Position numbers and translations under genes: made by a program. From an uncultured Kriegella sp. (lineage in GTDB: Bacteria; Bacteroidota; Bacteroidia; Flavobacteriales; Flavobacteriaceae), in the NCBI GenBank assembly GCA_965368185.1, contig CBDULZ010000028.1, positions 11,716 to 35,715 of the forward strand: DNA of 24,000 nt, written 5' to 3'. Within the stretch, counting starts at the first letter, position 1. The number at the start of each line of letters is the position of its first letter. Below are positions 14,890 to 24,000 of the stretch, one piece after another. The notes beneath the pieces are model-generated. The model ran no database searches and was not told the origin of the DNA. It was given only the letters and a program-made list of their open reading frames with translations.

Positions 14890-15420
14890 ATGATTATTTG
14901 CAAACAAGTTTCGGAAGAAGCCGAACTCGTTCAAATTTTGAAGCTGCAGCAACAGAATCTGAGTGCTATTTTGAAAGAATCGGAAAGAAAACATGAAGGG
15001 TTTGTCACTGTATCACATACCTTGGACATGTTAAAGGAAATGAACCATGCTTGTCCACATATTATCGCAGAGTCAAATGGCAAGGTCGTAGGATATGCTT
15101 TATGCATGCACCCCCAATTTGCCGATACCATCGAAGTATTAAAGCCCATGTTCTATGAAATAAATAAAACATTGCCTAAAACCGAAAACTATTTGGTCAT
15201 GGGACAAATCTGTATTGCCAAAGCCTATCGAAGACAAGGAATCTTTCGCAAACTATATGAAACGATGCAAAACAGCATCGCCCCTAATTTCAAAAGTATT
15301 ATTACTGAAGTTGACCGTAAAAACACAAGATCGATAAATGCGCATTATGCAGTTGGCTTCGAGCATCTAAAAAGTTATCAATCGGGGGGGCAACAATGGG
15401 AATTGATTATTCTAAGGTAA
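14890..15420 (+). CDS. GNAT family N-acetyltransferase
   Basis: An acetyl-CoA binding-type segment is present (QICIAKAYRRQGIFRKLYETM), matching the R/Q-x-x-G-x-G/A-like motif A, and the size is typical for GNAT. The track start is TTG 14872. I prefer ATG 14890 (MIICKQVSEE...). Confidence 0.7.
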   Translation: MIICKQVSEEAELVQILKLQQQNLSAILKESERKHEGFVTVSHTLDMLKEMNHACPHIIAESNGKVVGYALCMHPQFADTIEVLKPMFYEINKTLPKTENYLVMGQICIAKAYRRQGIFRKLYETMQNSIAPNFKSIITEVDRKNTRSINAHYAVGFEHLKSYQSGGQQWELIILR

Positions 15421-15946
15421 TGGGCTCGACCTTTATCCAAACATAGTTATTCGGTTGCGTTGCGTCCAATAGATCTACATTCAATTTAAGTGCTACTAAT
15501 TTCCCCATAGCAAAAGCCGGTTCTGGGTCAGCACTGTCATAAACATTAAAATGCCTATTCTTCTTATACCACAAATTGGTTTCAAAAATATAATTCCCAT
15601 TTTTTTTAGGTTGTTTGAATACTGAAACATATTCAACTTCCGGAAGTTTTTTCCATTGTCCCACAAATATTGGACCTATGCTATACTGAACTTTATATCT
15701 TTTTGTATCTAAATCGAAAAGTACACGTTTTATCAAGGAAAACAAGACACCTTGCGTCAAACAGGCGATTGCAAGCCATATGACACTAAAATCCCATCTT
15801 GGAGAATGTCCTTCTGAAGGAAACACTTCATAACCAAAAAAGAACATCGCCAGCAATACAACTGAGATGGTGTAAAAAAAAGAAGCTGTGAGACTTTGCC
15901 AAAATGGCCGGCTTCCTTCTGAGATAATGATTTTTCTTTCGCCCAT
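15407..15946 (-). CDS. Hypothetical two-TM membrane protein
   Basis: There are two hydrophobic helices (FFYTISVVLLAMFFFGY and VIWLAIACLTQGVLFSLI) followed by a ~100-aa soluble domain, with no recognisable family. The track start ATG 15976 lies inside the atpC terminator palindrome, so I prefer ATG 15946 (MGERK...). The 3' end overlaps the GNAT 3' end by 14 nt. Confidence 0.5.
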   Translation of the reverse strand: MGERKIIISEGSRPFWQSLTASFFYTISVVLLAMFFFGYEVFPSEGHSPRWDFSVIWLAIACLTQGVLFSLIKRVLFDLDTKRYKVQYSIGPIFVGQWKKLPEVEYVSVFKQPKKNGNYIFETNLWYKKNRHFNVYDSADPEPAFAMGKLVALKLNVDLLDATQPNNYVWIKVEPITLE

Positions 15947-15960
15947 TATTTCAACTAACG

Positions 15961-15995
15961 AAAAAAGGCCATACAATTGTATGGCCCTTTCTTCT
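15961..15995. terminator. Bidirectional rho-independent terminator, mainly serving atpDC
   Basis: ggccatacaattgtatggcc (15967-15986) is a perfect 20-nt palindrome. It is flanked by aaaaaa on one side and ctttcttct on the other. Read on the minus strand, the stem is followed by tttttt. Confidence 0.8.
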
Positions 15996-16015
15996 ATACA
16001 TCATATTCTCACCAA

Positions 16016-16294
16016 CTATTCTGCAAGAACAATTACTTTGTTGTCTTTCATTTCAAGCGTTCCACTAGAAATTGGCAGAACCATCTTTCCGTTCTCATCT
16101 TTTGAAAACTTGCCCTCATAAGCCTTCTTGATTATAATGTTACCTTCGAATTTGACTTTACCCTTCTGCAATAAGGACACTATTGGCGCATGATTTTCCA
16201 ACATCTGAAATTCCCCGTCAACCCCCGGCACAGTAACCGAGCTAACTTCTCCGGCGAATAAGGTCGCTTCTGGCGATACGATTTCTAAATACAT
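16016..16294 (-). CDS. atpC: F0F1 ATP synthase subunit epsilon, short form
   Basis: The N-terminus MYLEIVSPEATLFAGEVSSVTVPGVDGEFQMLENHAPIVSLL is the epsilon beta-sandwich domain. The protein is only 92 aa and lies immediately downstream of atpD. Confidence 0.85.
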   Translation of the reverse strand: MYLEIVSPEATLFAGEVSSVTVPGVDGEFQMLENHAPIVSLLQKGKVKFEGNIIIKKAYEGKFSKDENGKMVLPISSGTLEMKDNKVIVLAE

Positions 16295-16372
16295 ATTCTA
16301 TAGTTGTTGGTTGCTAGTTGTCGCTTAATGTTTCAGGCTCTCCAAAACAATAAACAGTCAACTATCGACTAA

Positions 16373-17893
<1,521 letters not shown>

Positions 17894-17956
17894 TTATCTT
17901 TTTAAGATTAACCTAGATAAAAAAACCAGGCTTGGAAGCCTTTGTTTTTCAGGCTG

Positions 17957-17964
17957 CAAAGATA
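17957..17964 (-). promoter_or_regulatory. Candidate -7 box (TATCTTTG on the minus strand) for atpDC
   Basis: The plus strand reads caaagata, an exact TAnnTTTG match on the minus strand. If used, it implies a ~70-nt leader. Confidence 0.35.
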
Positions 17965-18011
17965 TAGTTTTCCATTTTAATTAAAAACTTCTTTCATTTC
18001 TTTTTTGACAT

Positions 18012-18042
18012 AAAAAATGCCCTCTTAAAAAGGGCATTTTTA
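18012..18042 (-). terminator. Rho-independent terminator of the receptor/lipoprotein operon
   Basis: atgccct (18017-18023) pairs with agggcat (18031-18037) across a 7-nt loop, with an A-tract on one side and a T-tract on the other. It lies ~20 nt past the stop at 18062. Confidence 0.8.
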
Positions 18043-18061
18043 CTGTTTGTCATTTACCATT

Positions 18062-19708
18062 TTATTGAAGGGTGGGCGAATAATTTGTAGGAATGTTTCC
18101 TAGATCGACTAAAGACCTCGAGGCCTCGAAATTTGAACCATATGTTGCATCGATAGCCTTCATAAACTCGTTCGCCATAACGGCATACCCTTTTCCCGTA
18201 AGGTGAACGCCATCAAGCGAAAATGCCCCACCGGTTACCAAACTAGCGGTAAGAGTGTAGTCTCCGTCAGTGAATCCACCACTTGCCAGAGTCTGCATCA
18301 TAGCGTTTGCATCGACAAAAGCAAGTCCGGCACCATTGGCCGCGGAAGCAATTGTTGCGTTAAAACTGTCGGTTGCCAATTTTATCTCCTCCTGCTCTTC
18401 TGGAAGCAAAACCCATTTATCTTCCAATGGAAAGCTCACGCCCTCCACGGAGAATTGGCCTGCCAACTCCAAAGGCAAGTTTTGAGCGACTAGAGCCGCC
18501 ACAGATGCTTCATTGACCGTTCCGATCACCGAACTACTTGGCAAAACGAACAAATCATTTTCATTGGCTTGTCTTGTTTGTCCATAGGTTGTACCTAACA
18601 AATTGGCCACCAGCGGAGCCGCCTCTTCCGGAAGGCCGAATTGTTGAACAAAAATTGAAAATGCAGGGTTTGCATTTAAGGCGCCTATTATTTGTTCGGA
18701 AATATCCGTTAGGTTTTCATCCTTAATAACTACAGCACTGGCCTCAGTCTCGGAAAAAATAACATTACGCTCCGGCTGCCCCAAGGCCGTATAAATTTGA
18801 TTCAATGCACCAAAAATAGTGTTCAAAGTAGGTATTTGCGGACCAAAATCAGGATTTGTCGGATCCAACGGGTTATAGGGAACAGTAGTAAAATGCGGTA
18901 TTGTACTCACATACGGTATATTGGCCATAACCCCTTGCGCCCCACCAGAGGTCAAAGTCGATACCAAAGTGCTAATGGCAAAGTCAAAAGTGGGTTGATC
19001 GGTAATTGGATCCGTACCGTCACCTCCTTTTGTTGCATATCCCAAAACATCACCGCTACCAGCCCACAGGGTAAAGAAAGTCGGGGATTGCACCATGGCC
19101 AATTCCAATACACTCGCATCAGGTGTAGCTCCTGTCATTCTAATAAAATACGGATTTGCCAACATTGCGGGTAAATTGGCAATATTGCCATATCCCGGCG
19201 CAATCAGGTGAAAACTTTTAGCCCCAGGAACGCCCATATTGTTAAATGGTCCCGCAGGATTATTCAGAACGATATCGGTGGTCGGCATAACAGGCCCGAT
19301 CAAATCGGACAAATCGACCGGCCCTTGGCCATCAAATACCAATCTGGGGTTGAATCCCGGTATCTGTGCGCCACCGGCAAGCAACCCTCCAATATTATCA
19401 TTTGTCAAAGGCTGGGAGAAGCTACCGCCACCCACAAGGGCAAACTTTGCAGCTAATAAATTTGGCATTGAATTTTCTTGACCGGCTTTGAACAGTGCAT
19501 TATCGGTGAACCCCGCGGTCAAAGAATTTCCGATGGCAACATAAGTCGAAAAATCTGCCGAACCCGCAGTCAACTGTGGTGGCGTCTCAACCATTTCCTC
19601 CATCTCATCTTCGGGTAAAACATCTTCAGGTTCATTACACGCCATAAAGCCTATCAACACAGTGAGAAAGGCCAAATATTTAATATGTTTTATTTTCATG
19701 ATTTTCAT
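18062..19708 (-). CDS. Lipoprotein with a split SGNH/GDSL-like hydrolase domain, probably surface-exposed
   Basis: The lipobox is GFMAC, followed by an acidic stretch (CNEPEDVLPEDEMEEM). Block I is VAIGNSLTAG (GNS in place of GDS). A block II-like NMGVPGA and a block III-like LWAGSGDVL follow. Block V is FSLDGVHLTGKG (D-x-x-H), ~450 aa after block I. A tandem 9-bp duplication (attttcatg twice, 19692-19709) creates two in-frame ATGs at 19708 and 19699. Confidence 0.7.
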   Translation of the reverse strand: MKIMKIKHIKYLAFLTVLIGFMACNEPEDVLPEDEMEEMVETPPQLTAGSADFSTYVAIGNSLTAGFTDNALFKAGQENSMPNLLAAKFALVGGGSFSQPLTNDNIGGLLAGGAQIPGFNPRLVFDGQGPVDLSDLIGPVMPTTDIVLNNPAGPFNNMGVPGAKSFHLIAPGYGNIANLPAMLANPYFIRMTGATPDASVLELAMVQSPTFFTLWAGSGDVLGYATKGGDGTDPITDQPTFDFAISTLVSTLTSGGAQGVMANIPYVSTIPHFTTVPYNPLDPTNPDFGPQIPTLNTIFGALNQIYTALGQPERNVIFSETEASAVVIKDENLTDISEQIIGALNANPAFSIFVQQFGLPEEAAPLVANLLGTTYGQTRQANENDLFVLPSSSVIGTVNEASVAALVAQNLPLELAGQFSVEGVSFPLEDKWVLLPEEQEEIKLATDSFNATIASAANGAGLAFVDANAMMQTLASGGFTDGDYTLTASLVTGGAFSLDGVHLTGKGYAVMANEFMKAIDATYGSNFEASRSLVDLGNIPTNYSPTLQ

Positions 19709-19720
19709 GGTGCTATTTTT

Positions 19721-22492
19721 TTAGTTATTGATTGTCCAGCCTACATAATACATAGACCCAATAAAGCCTGTTCCGAAAGCCGTGAAATATTCATCTCCCA
19801 AAAGATTGGTGCCACCTGCCTTAAACGTAGATTTTATGCTCGGAACACTATAGCTTATCTGAGCATCTACCGTGTGGAACTCTGGCACTAGGCCATCTCC
19901 AAACGTTGCTTCCCAATAATAATCATCACTAAATCGATAGGCCACATTAAAACCAAAGTTCTCGAAGAGCTCAGTGTTTCCAAAACTTGCCTTGAATTTA
20001 TGCTCGGGCGTGTTAAAGTTTGTTGTAAAATCGGGATATTTTGCTTGGTCAAAATCTAGTTTCGAAAAGGTATAACTTCCGCTTAGATCAAAATCACCAC
20101 ATATTTTCAGGGATAATCCCAAAGAAGCACCATACGAGTTAACATCAGCTTCGGCATTGGTATATGTGCCATAACCAATATAATCACTATTTACTATTGC
20201 AGCCACTGACAGGCTATTATCGCCAACCGTTCCGTATAAAGGTGCCGCAACAGATTCTTGGGAGATAAAATCTTTGTACGTATTATAATAGGTACTAAAA
20301 TCTATTATTAAATTACCGAACTTGCCTCGATAACCGATTTCAGCAGATGTCACTTGTTCGGGCTTTATTAAATCAGGATTTGAAATTGCACCTGGATCGG
20401 CCAAAACAGCAGGATTCCCTGTCGCGGCAAATTCTTGCAATGAACTTTCAGTATAAGAGTTCATATAGGCCGCGGCCCCTGTTTGGGTTATGGTCGCCGG
20501 TTGACCTAATAATTGCCCCGCAGCGCTCACATCATACGGTTTCGAGTATCGATCTAAATTATCTGGAGCAGAGCCTACCAAAACGCCTTGACCCGAATCT
20601 AGCCCAATAAACAAATCTTGGGTAGTCGGATTTCTAAAACCGGTCTGTACCGATGCCCGAATGTTATGGTCTCGATTAAGAGTAAGCCCTGCCGATATTC
20701 TAGGCGAGACGTAACCATCAAAAAATTCGGATTTATCATATCGTGCAGACCCCGTTAATTTCAAATTCATAGCCTCGCTTAAATCAAAATCTTTTTGAAT
20801 CTGAGTATAGACACCAAATTCAGAATAGTCGATAGCCCCATCAAAGTCAGTATAAATGGTTCCGCCGGAATTCAAACTATACTGTCGGTAAGAACCTCCT
20901 ATTTGAATATCTGCAAATTCGGTCAAATGGCTGAAATTATAATTAGCGTCTGCATGATAATATTTCGAAGCATCTTGGAATTTAGACCCTGTTAGTAAAC
21001 TAGGGTCATTTATGCTCCTGTTAAATGCAGCCTGAAATTCAGATGTGCCGGGTTCAAATCTTCCTTGTTCAGCTACTGCCCTAGCTGCATCGTGCTTTTG
21101 TTGTGTAGTTAGTCCTTGGGGATTACCGCTTAATTCAATTCCTGCATAGGCACCAATATACTCTTGAAACCATTGCAAATGTGGTTTCCAAGAGTTTAGA
21201 ATGTTAATACCCGTAAAGACCATATCGTACGAATCTCCCGCTTTATCGGCAACGATATATCCTCTTAGAAAGAAGTTGTCGTTTTTAATTTCCAATTTAT
21301 GCTGTTCTTGGAAGAAACCGTCAATATTGTATCGGTTCAAGCCTTGATATATGGTCGTTCCCGTTCCCACCTTACCTACATATGATAATTCTAGGCTATT
21401 ATCTAAAATTGGGCGGTAATAAAGTCCCCAATCCGCTTTTACACTTTCGGCCTTATAATCTGTCAAGTCTCTCTCATTGTATCCTGTTCTTGAAACGACG
21501 ACGTCTGGAATAATGCCTAAACCGGAAGCCGACCTAATATTTCTTGCCACCTCATCTCCGTAAACATTTATACCATTGTATGAAGGGTTCATCCTTGTTC
21601 TCCCCTCAACAAATTTATCGACCTCACTCGTCGCCTGCCAGTCAATACCCCTGAGATAACCGAAGTTCACTTTGGCAGCGAACTTATCGCTAAATTTATA
21701 AGCCGCCCTAACACCAACATCTGTGTAGGCATTGTCACCTGCCGCTTCTTGCGAGGTTATTCCACGCTTAATGGACGCGCTGATGCCCTGATGATCAAAA
21801 GGGTTTTTACTACGCATAAACAAGATTCCGTTAAATGCGTTAGCACCGTACAATGCAGACGAAGCTCCAGGCAGCAATTCTACGCTCATAACGTCTGTTT
21901 CGACCATACCCACTAGGTTACCGATAGGAAAGTTCAAAGCGGGAGTAGAATTATCCATTCCATCGACCAGCTGCATAAACCGATTGTTGGCGAATGTGGC
22001 AAATCCCCTAGTGTTAACGGACTTAAAAGTCAAACTGTTCGTATTGACATCAACTCCCTTTAAGTTCTCCAGACCATCATAAAAATCAACCGAAGCCGTA
22101 TTTTTAATTTCTTTTAGGCCCAAACGCTCTACGGTTACGGGCGACTCAAAAATACGCTCCGGGGTACGTGATGCGGAAAGAACGACCTCATCTAAAAAAG
22201 TTTGTGCTTCAGTAAGAACAATCGCCAAAGTTTGATTATTGGATGTCACTTCGGCTATAGCATCGGAATAGCCTAAAGTAGTAATGCGTAACTGAAAAGG
22301 AGGTTGCTCTTCTGTTTCAAGAAGGAAGTTTCCGTCAAAGTCTGAAGTAGTTCCAATGGCCTTACCAACAATTACAATGTTGGCGCCCGGCACTGGCGCT
22401 CCATTCTCATCGGCTACGCTTCCTTTGATATTAGTCTGTGAAAATGCAATTGCCCCAAGCAACAGCAGGGGGACGAGTAGTACTGTTCGCAT
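19721..22492 (-). CDS. TonB-dependent outer-membrane receptor with an N-terminal carboxypeptidase-regulatory-like domain
   Basis: The signal peptide is MRTVLLVPLLLLGAIAFSQ. A CarboxypepD_reg-like segment follows (IKGSVADENGAPVPGANIVIVG...TSDFDGNF). The plug region reads LDEVVLSASRTPERIFESPVTVERL. A long G/Y/N-rich beta-barrel follows. The product is 923 aa and is separated by 12 nt from the downstream lipoprotein gene. Confidence 0.85.
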   Translation of the reverse strand: MRTVLLVPLLLLGAIAFSQTNIKGSVADENGAPVPGANIVIVGKAIGTTSDFDGNFLLETEEQPPFQLRITTLGYSDAIAEVTSNNQTLAIVLTEAQTFLDEVVLSASRTPERIFESPVTVERLGLKEIKNTASVDFYDGLENLKGVDVNTNSLTFKSVNTRGFATFANNRFMQLVDGMDNSTPALNFPIGNLVGMVETDVMSVELLPGASSALYGANAFNGILFMRSKNPFDHQGISASIKRGITSQEAAGDNAYTDVGVRAAYKFSDKFAAKVNFGYLRGIDWQATSEVDKFVEGRTRMNPSYNGINVYGDEVARNIRSASGLGIIPDVVVSRTGYNERDLTDYKAESVKADWGLYYRPILDNSLELSYVGKVGTGTTIYQGLNRYNIDGFFQEQHKLEIKNDNFFLRGYIVADKAGDSYDMVFTGINILNSWKPHLQWFQEYIGAYAGIELSGNPQGLTTQQKHDAARAVAEQGRFEPGTSEFQAAFNRSINDPSLLTGSKFQDASKYYHADANYNFSHLTEFADIQIGGSYRQYSLNSGGTIYTDFDGAIDYSEFGVYTQIQKDFDLSEAMNLKLTGSARYDKSEFFDGYVSPRISAGLTLNRDHNIRASVQTGFRNPTTQDLFIGLDSGQGVLVGSAPDNLDRYSKPYDVSAAGQLLGQPATITQTGAAAYMNSYTESSLQEFAATGNPAVLADPGAISNPDLIKPEQVTSAEIGYRGKFGNLIIDFSTYYNTYKDFISQESVAAPLYGTVGDNSLSVAAIVNSDYIGYGTYTNAEADVNSYGASLGLSLKICGDFDLSGSYTFSKLDFDQAKYPDFTTNFNTPEHKFKASFGNTELFENFGFNVAYRFSDDYYWEATFGDGLVPEFHTVDAQISYSVPSIKSTFKAGGTNLLGDEYFTAFGTGFIGSMYYVGWTINN

Positions 22493-22622
22493 AGTATTTG
22501 AGTTATATAGTTTTACCTTAGCAATTTACGCAATTTTTCAGTCCAAGAATACGAAAATGAAAAAAATTATGCATGCATAGTATATTTTTTTTAAAAATGC
22601 GTGCCTTGAAATCATAAATCCA

Positions 22623-22659
22623 CAAAAAAAGCCCATGAATCACTTCATGGGCTTTGTAA
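22623..22659 (-). terminator. Rho-independent terminator of glmS
   Basis: gcccatgaa (22631-22639) pairs with ttcatgggc (22644-22652) across the loop tcac. On the minus strand the stem is followed by ttttttt. Confidence 0.85.
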
Positions 22660-22677
22660 GAATTTAAACTATATTTC

Positions 22678-24000
22678 TTATTCCACAGTAACCGATTTAG
22701 CCAAATTTCGAGGTTGGTCTACATTACAACCTCGCATTACGGCGATATGGTATGATAACAACTGCAATGGTATCGTAGTCAACAAGGGCGAAAGGCTTTC
22801 AAGTGTCTCTGGTACTTCGACTACATGGTCGGCCAGCTCCCTTACTTGCGTATCCCCTTCGGTAACGATGGCAATGATTTTTCCCTTACGGGATTTTATC
22901 TCCTGGATATTGCTAACTACCTTTTCATAATGTCCTTTTTTAGTGGCAATTACAAAAACAGGCATTTGTTCATCGATCAAAGCAATAGGACCGTGCTTCA
23001 TTTCGGCAGCAGGATAACCTTCGGCATGAATGTAACTGATCTCTTTTAGCTTTAAGGCGCCTTCAAGAGCCACAGGAAAATTGTATCCCCTGCCCAAATA
23101 CAGGCAGTTCGTAGAATCTTTGTATACATCTGAAATTACCTCAATGAGCGCATTGGACTCCAACGCTTTCTCCACTTTAGCCGGAATAGTCTCCAACTCT
23201 GTCAAAAACTCATGAAACTTTGATTCTGAAAAAACACCTTTCTCCTTGGCCAATTTTAAGGCCATCAACGTAAGGACGGTAATCTGGGTAGTAAATGCCT
23301 TTGTAGAGGCTACACCAATTTCCGGACCGGCGTGTGTATAGGCCCCGGCATGTGTCTCACGGGCAATGGAAGACCCAACAACGTTACAAACACCGAACAC
23401 AAAAGCACCTTTTTTCTTGGCCATCTTGATTGCCGCCAAAGTATCTGCTGTTTCCCCAGACTGCGAAATGGCTATCAATATATCTTTATCTGTAATTACC
23501 GGGTTTCTATATCGAAATTCCGAGGCGTATTCCACTTCCACGGGAATTCGGGCCAAATCTTCGAAAATATACTCGGCAACCAAACCTGCATGCCACGAAG
23601 TACCGCAAGCGACGATAATTATTCTATTTGCATTTAGAAATTTTTCCAAATGTTGATCTATACCAGCCATGCGAATCAGTCCTTGATCTGCCAGTAAACG
23701 TCCGCGATAGGTATCTAAAATCGCCCTTGGCTGCTCGTATATCTCTTTGAGCATAAAATGGTCGTAACCACCTTTTTCAATTTCCTCAAGATTTAATTGC
23801 AGCTCTAAAATATTTGGGTATGCAATGGCATCATCTTTGATCTTTCTTAATTTGATTTCCTTGCCCAACCGAACAATCGCCATCTCTTCATCTTCTAAGT
23901 AGACCGCATTATTTGTAAATTCTATGAACGGTGATGCATCGGAAGCAATAAAAAACTCTTTGTCTCCAACACCAATAGCCAACGGACTGCCCAATTTGGC
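22678..24000 (-). CDS. glmS: Glutamine--fructose-6-phosphate aminotransferase (isomerising). The two C-terminal SIS domains are present and the N-terminus lies beyond the window end.
   Basis: The frame is open to position 24000. Signatures are ...IIVACGTSWHAG..., ISQSGETADTLAA, ..EGYPAAEMKHGPIALID.. and the canonical C-terminus PRNLAKSVTVE. Confidence 0.95.
   Translation of the reverse strand, partial: AKLGSPLAIGVGDKEFFIASDASPFIEFTNNAVYLEDEEMAIVRLGKEIKLRKIKDDAIAYPNILELQLNLEEIEKGGYDHFMLKEIYEQPRAILDTYRGRLLADQGLIRMAGIDQHLEKFLNANRIIIVACGTSWHAGLVAEYIFEDLARIPVEVEYASEFRYRNPVITDKDILIAISQSGETADTLAAIKMAKKKGAFVFGVCNVVGSSIARETHAGAYTHAGPEIGVASTKAFTTQITVLTLMALKLAKEKGVFSESKFHEFLTELETIPAKVEKALESNALIEVISDVYKDSTNCLYLGRGYNFPVALEGALKLKEISYIHAEGYPAAEMKHGPIALIDEQMPVFVIATKKGHYEKVVSNIQEIKSRKGKIIAIVTEGDTQVRELADHVVEVPETLESLSPLLTTIPLQLLSYHIAVMRGCNVDQPRNLAKSVTVE

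Noticed and set aside
15947-15976. ATG 15976 as the start of the two-TM protein
   Set aside because: This codon sits inside the 20-nt palindrome of the atpC terminator. The downstream ATG 15946 is more plausible.
18203-19481. Several 60-125 aa plus-strand ORFs
   Set aside because: All are antisense to the SGNH-like lipoprotein gene. None has a promoter-like box or a recognisable domain.
22568-22579. 12-nt palindrome TATGCATGCATA upstream of the TonB-dependent receptor
   Set aside because: It is short and AT-rich, occurs only once and has no partner site. There is too little evidence to call it an operator.

Overview
This window looks like a core chromosomal region of a Bacteroidota genome, probably Flavobacteriia-like. 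Three things support that: starts generally lack Shine-Dalgarno sequences, the Bacteroidetes -7 promoter motif TAnnTTTG recurs upstream of genes, and there are lipoproteins, a TonB-dependent receptor and a sulfatase. I found no rRNA, tRNA, CRISPR array, transposase, integrase or phage gene. Gene order is as follows: mutY (partial, minus strand, absent from the ORF track), an HU-like gene, an unlisted 29-aa hyper-basic micro-ORF, an RNase E/G family gene, a lipoprotein sulfatase with a HEAT-like tail, recX, a small beta-barrel OMP, a JmjC/cupin oxygenase, a split biotin cluster, a GNAT gene, a small membrane protein, atpD-atpC, a TonB-dependent receptor plus SGNH-like lipoprotein operon, and glmS (partial). 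The biotin cluster reads bioB, KAS I/II-like gene, bioA, then an oppositely oriented GT-C glycosyltransferase, then bioD, a DUF2007/zinc-ribbon membrane protein and bioF. The most interesting feature is that this cluster has all four late genes but no recognisable pimeloyl-arm gene (bioC/H/G/W/I/Z). It carries instead an apparently catalytically intact FabF/FabB-type ketosynthase, plus a translationally coupled protein with a DUF2007-like N-terminal domain (my own recognition), a TM helix and a zinc ribbon. Together these may be an uncharacterised front end of biotin synthesis. Secondary leads are the micro-ORF, which has the only strong Shine-Dalgarno sequence in the window, a structured 200-bp spacer upstream of bioB, and the receptor/SGNH lipoprotein pair. 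All functional calls rest on motif recognition by eye, because no database search could be run. Several ORF-track starts are revised on sequence grounds.
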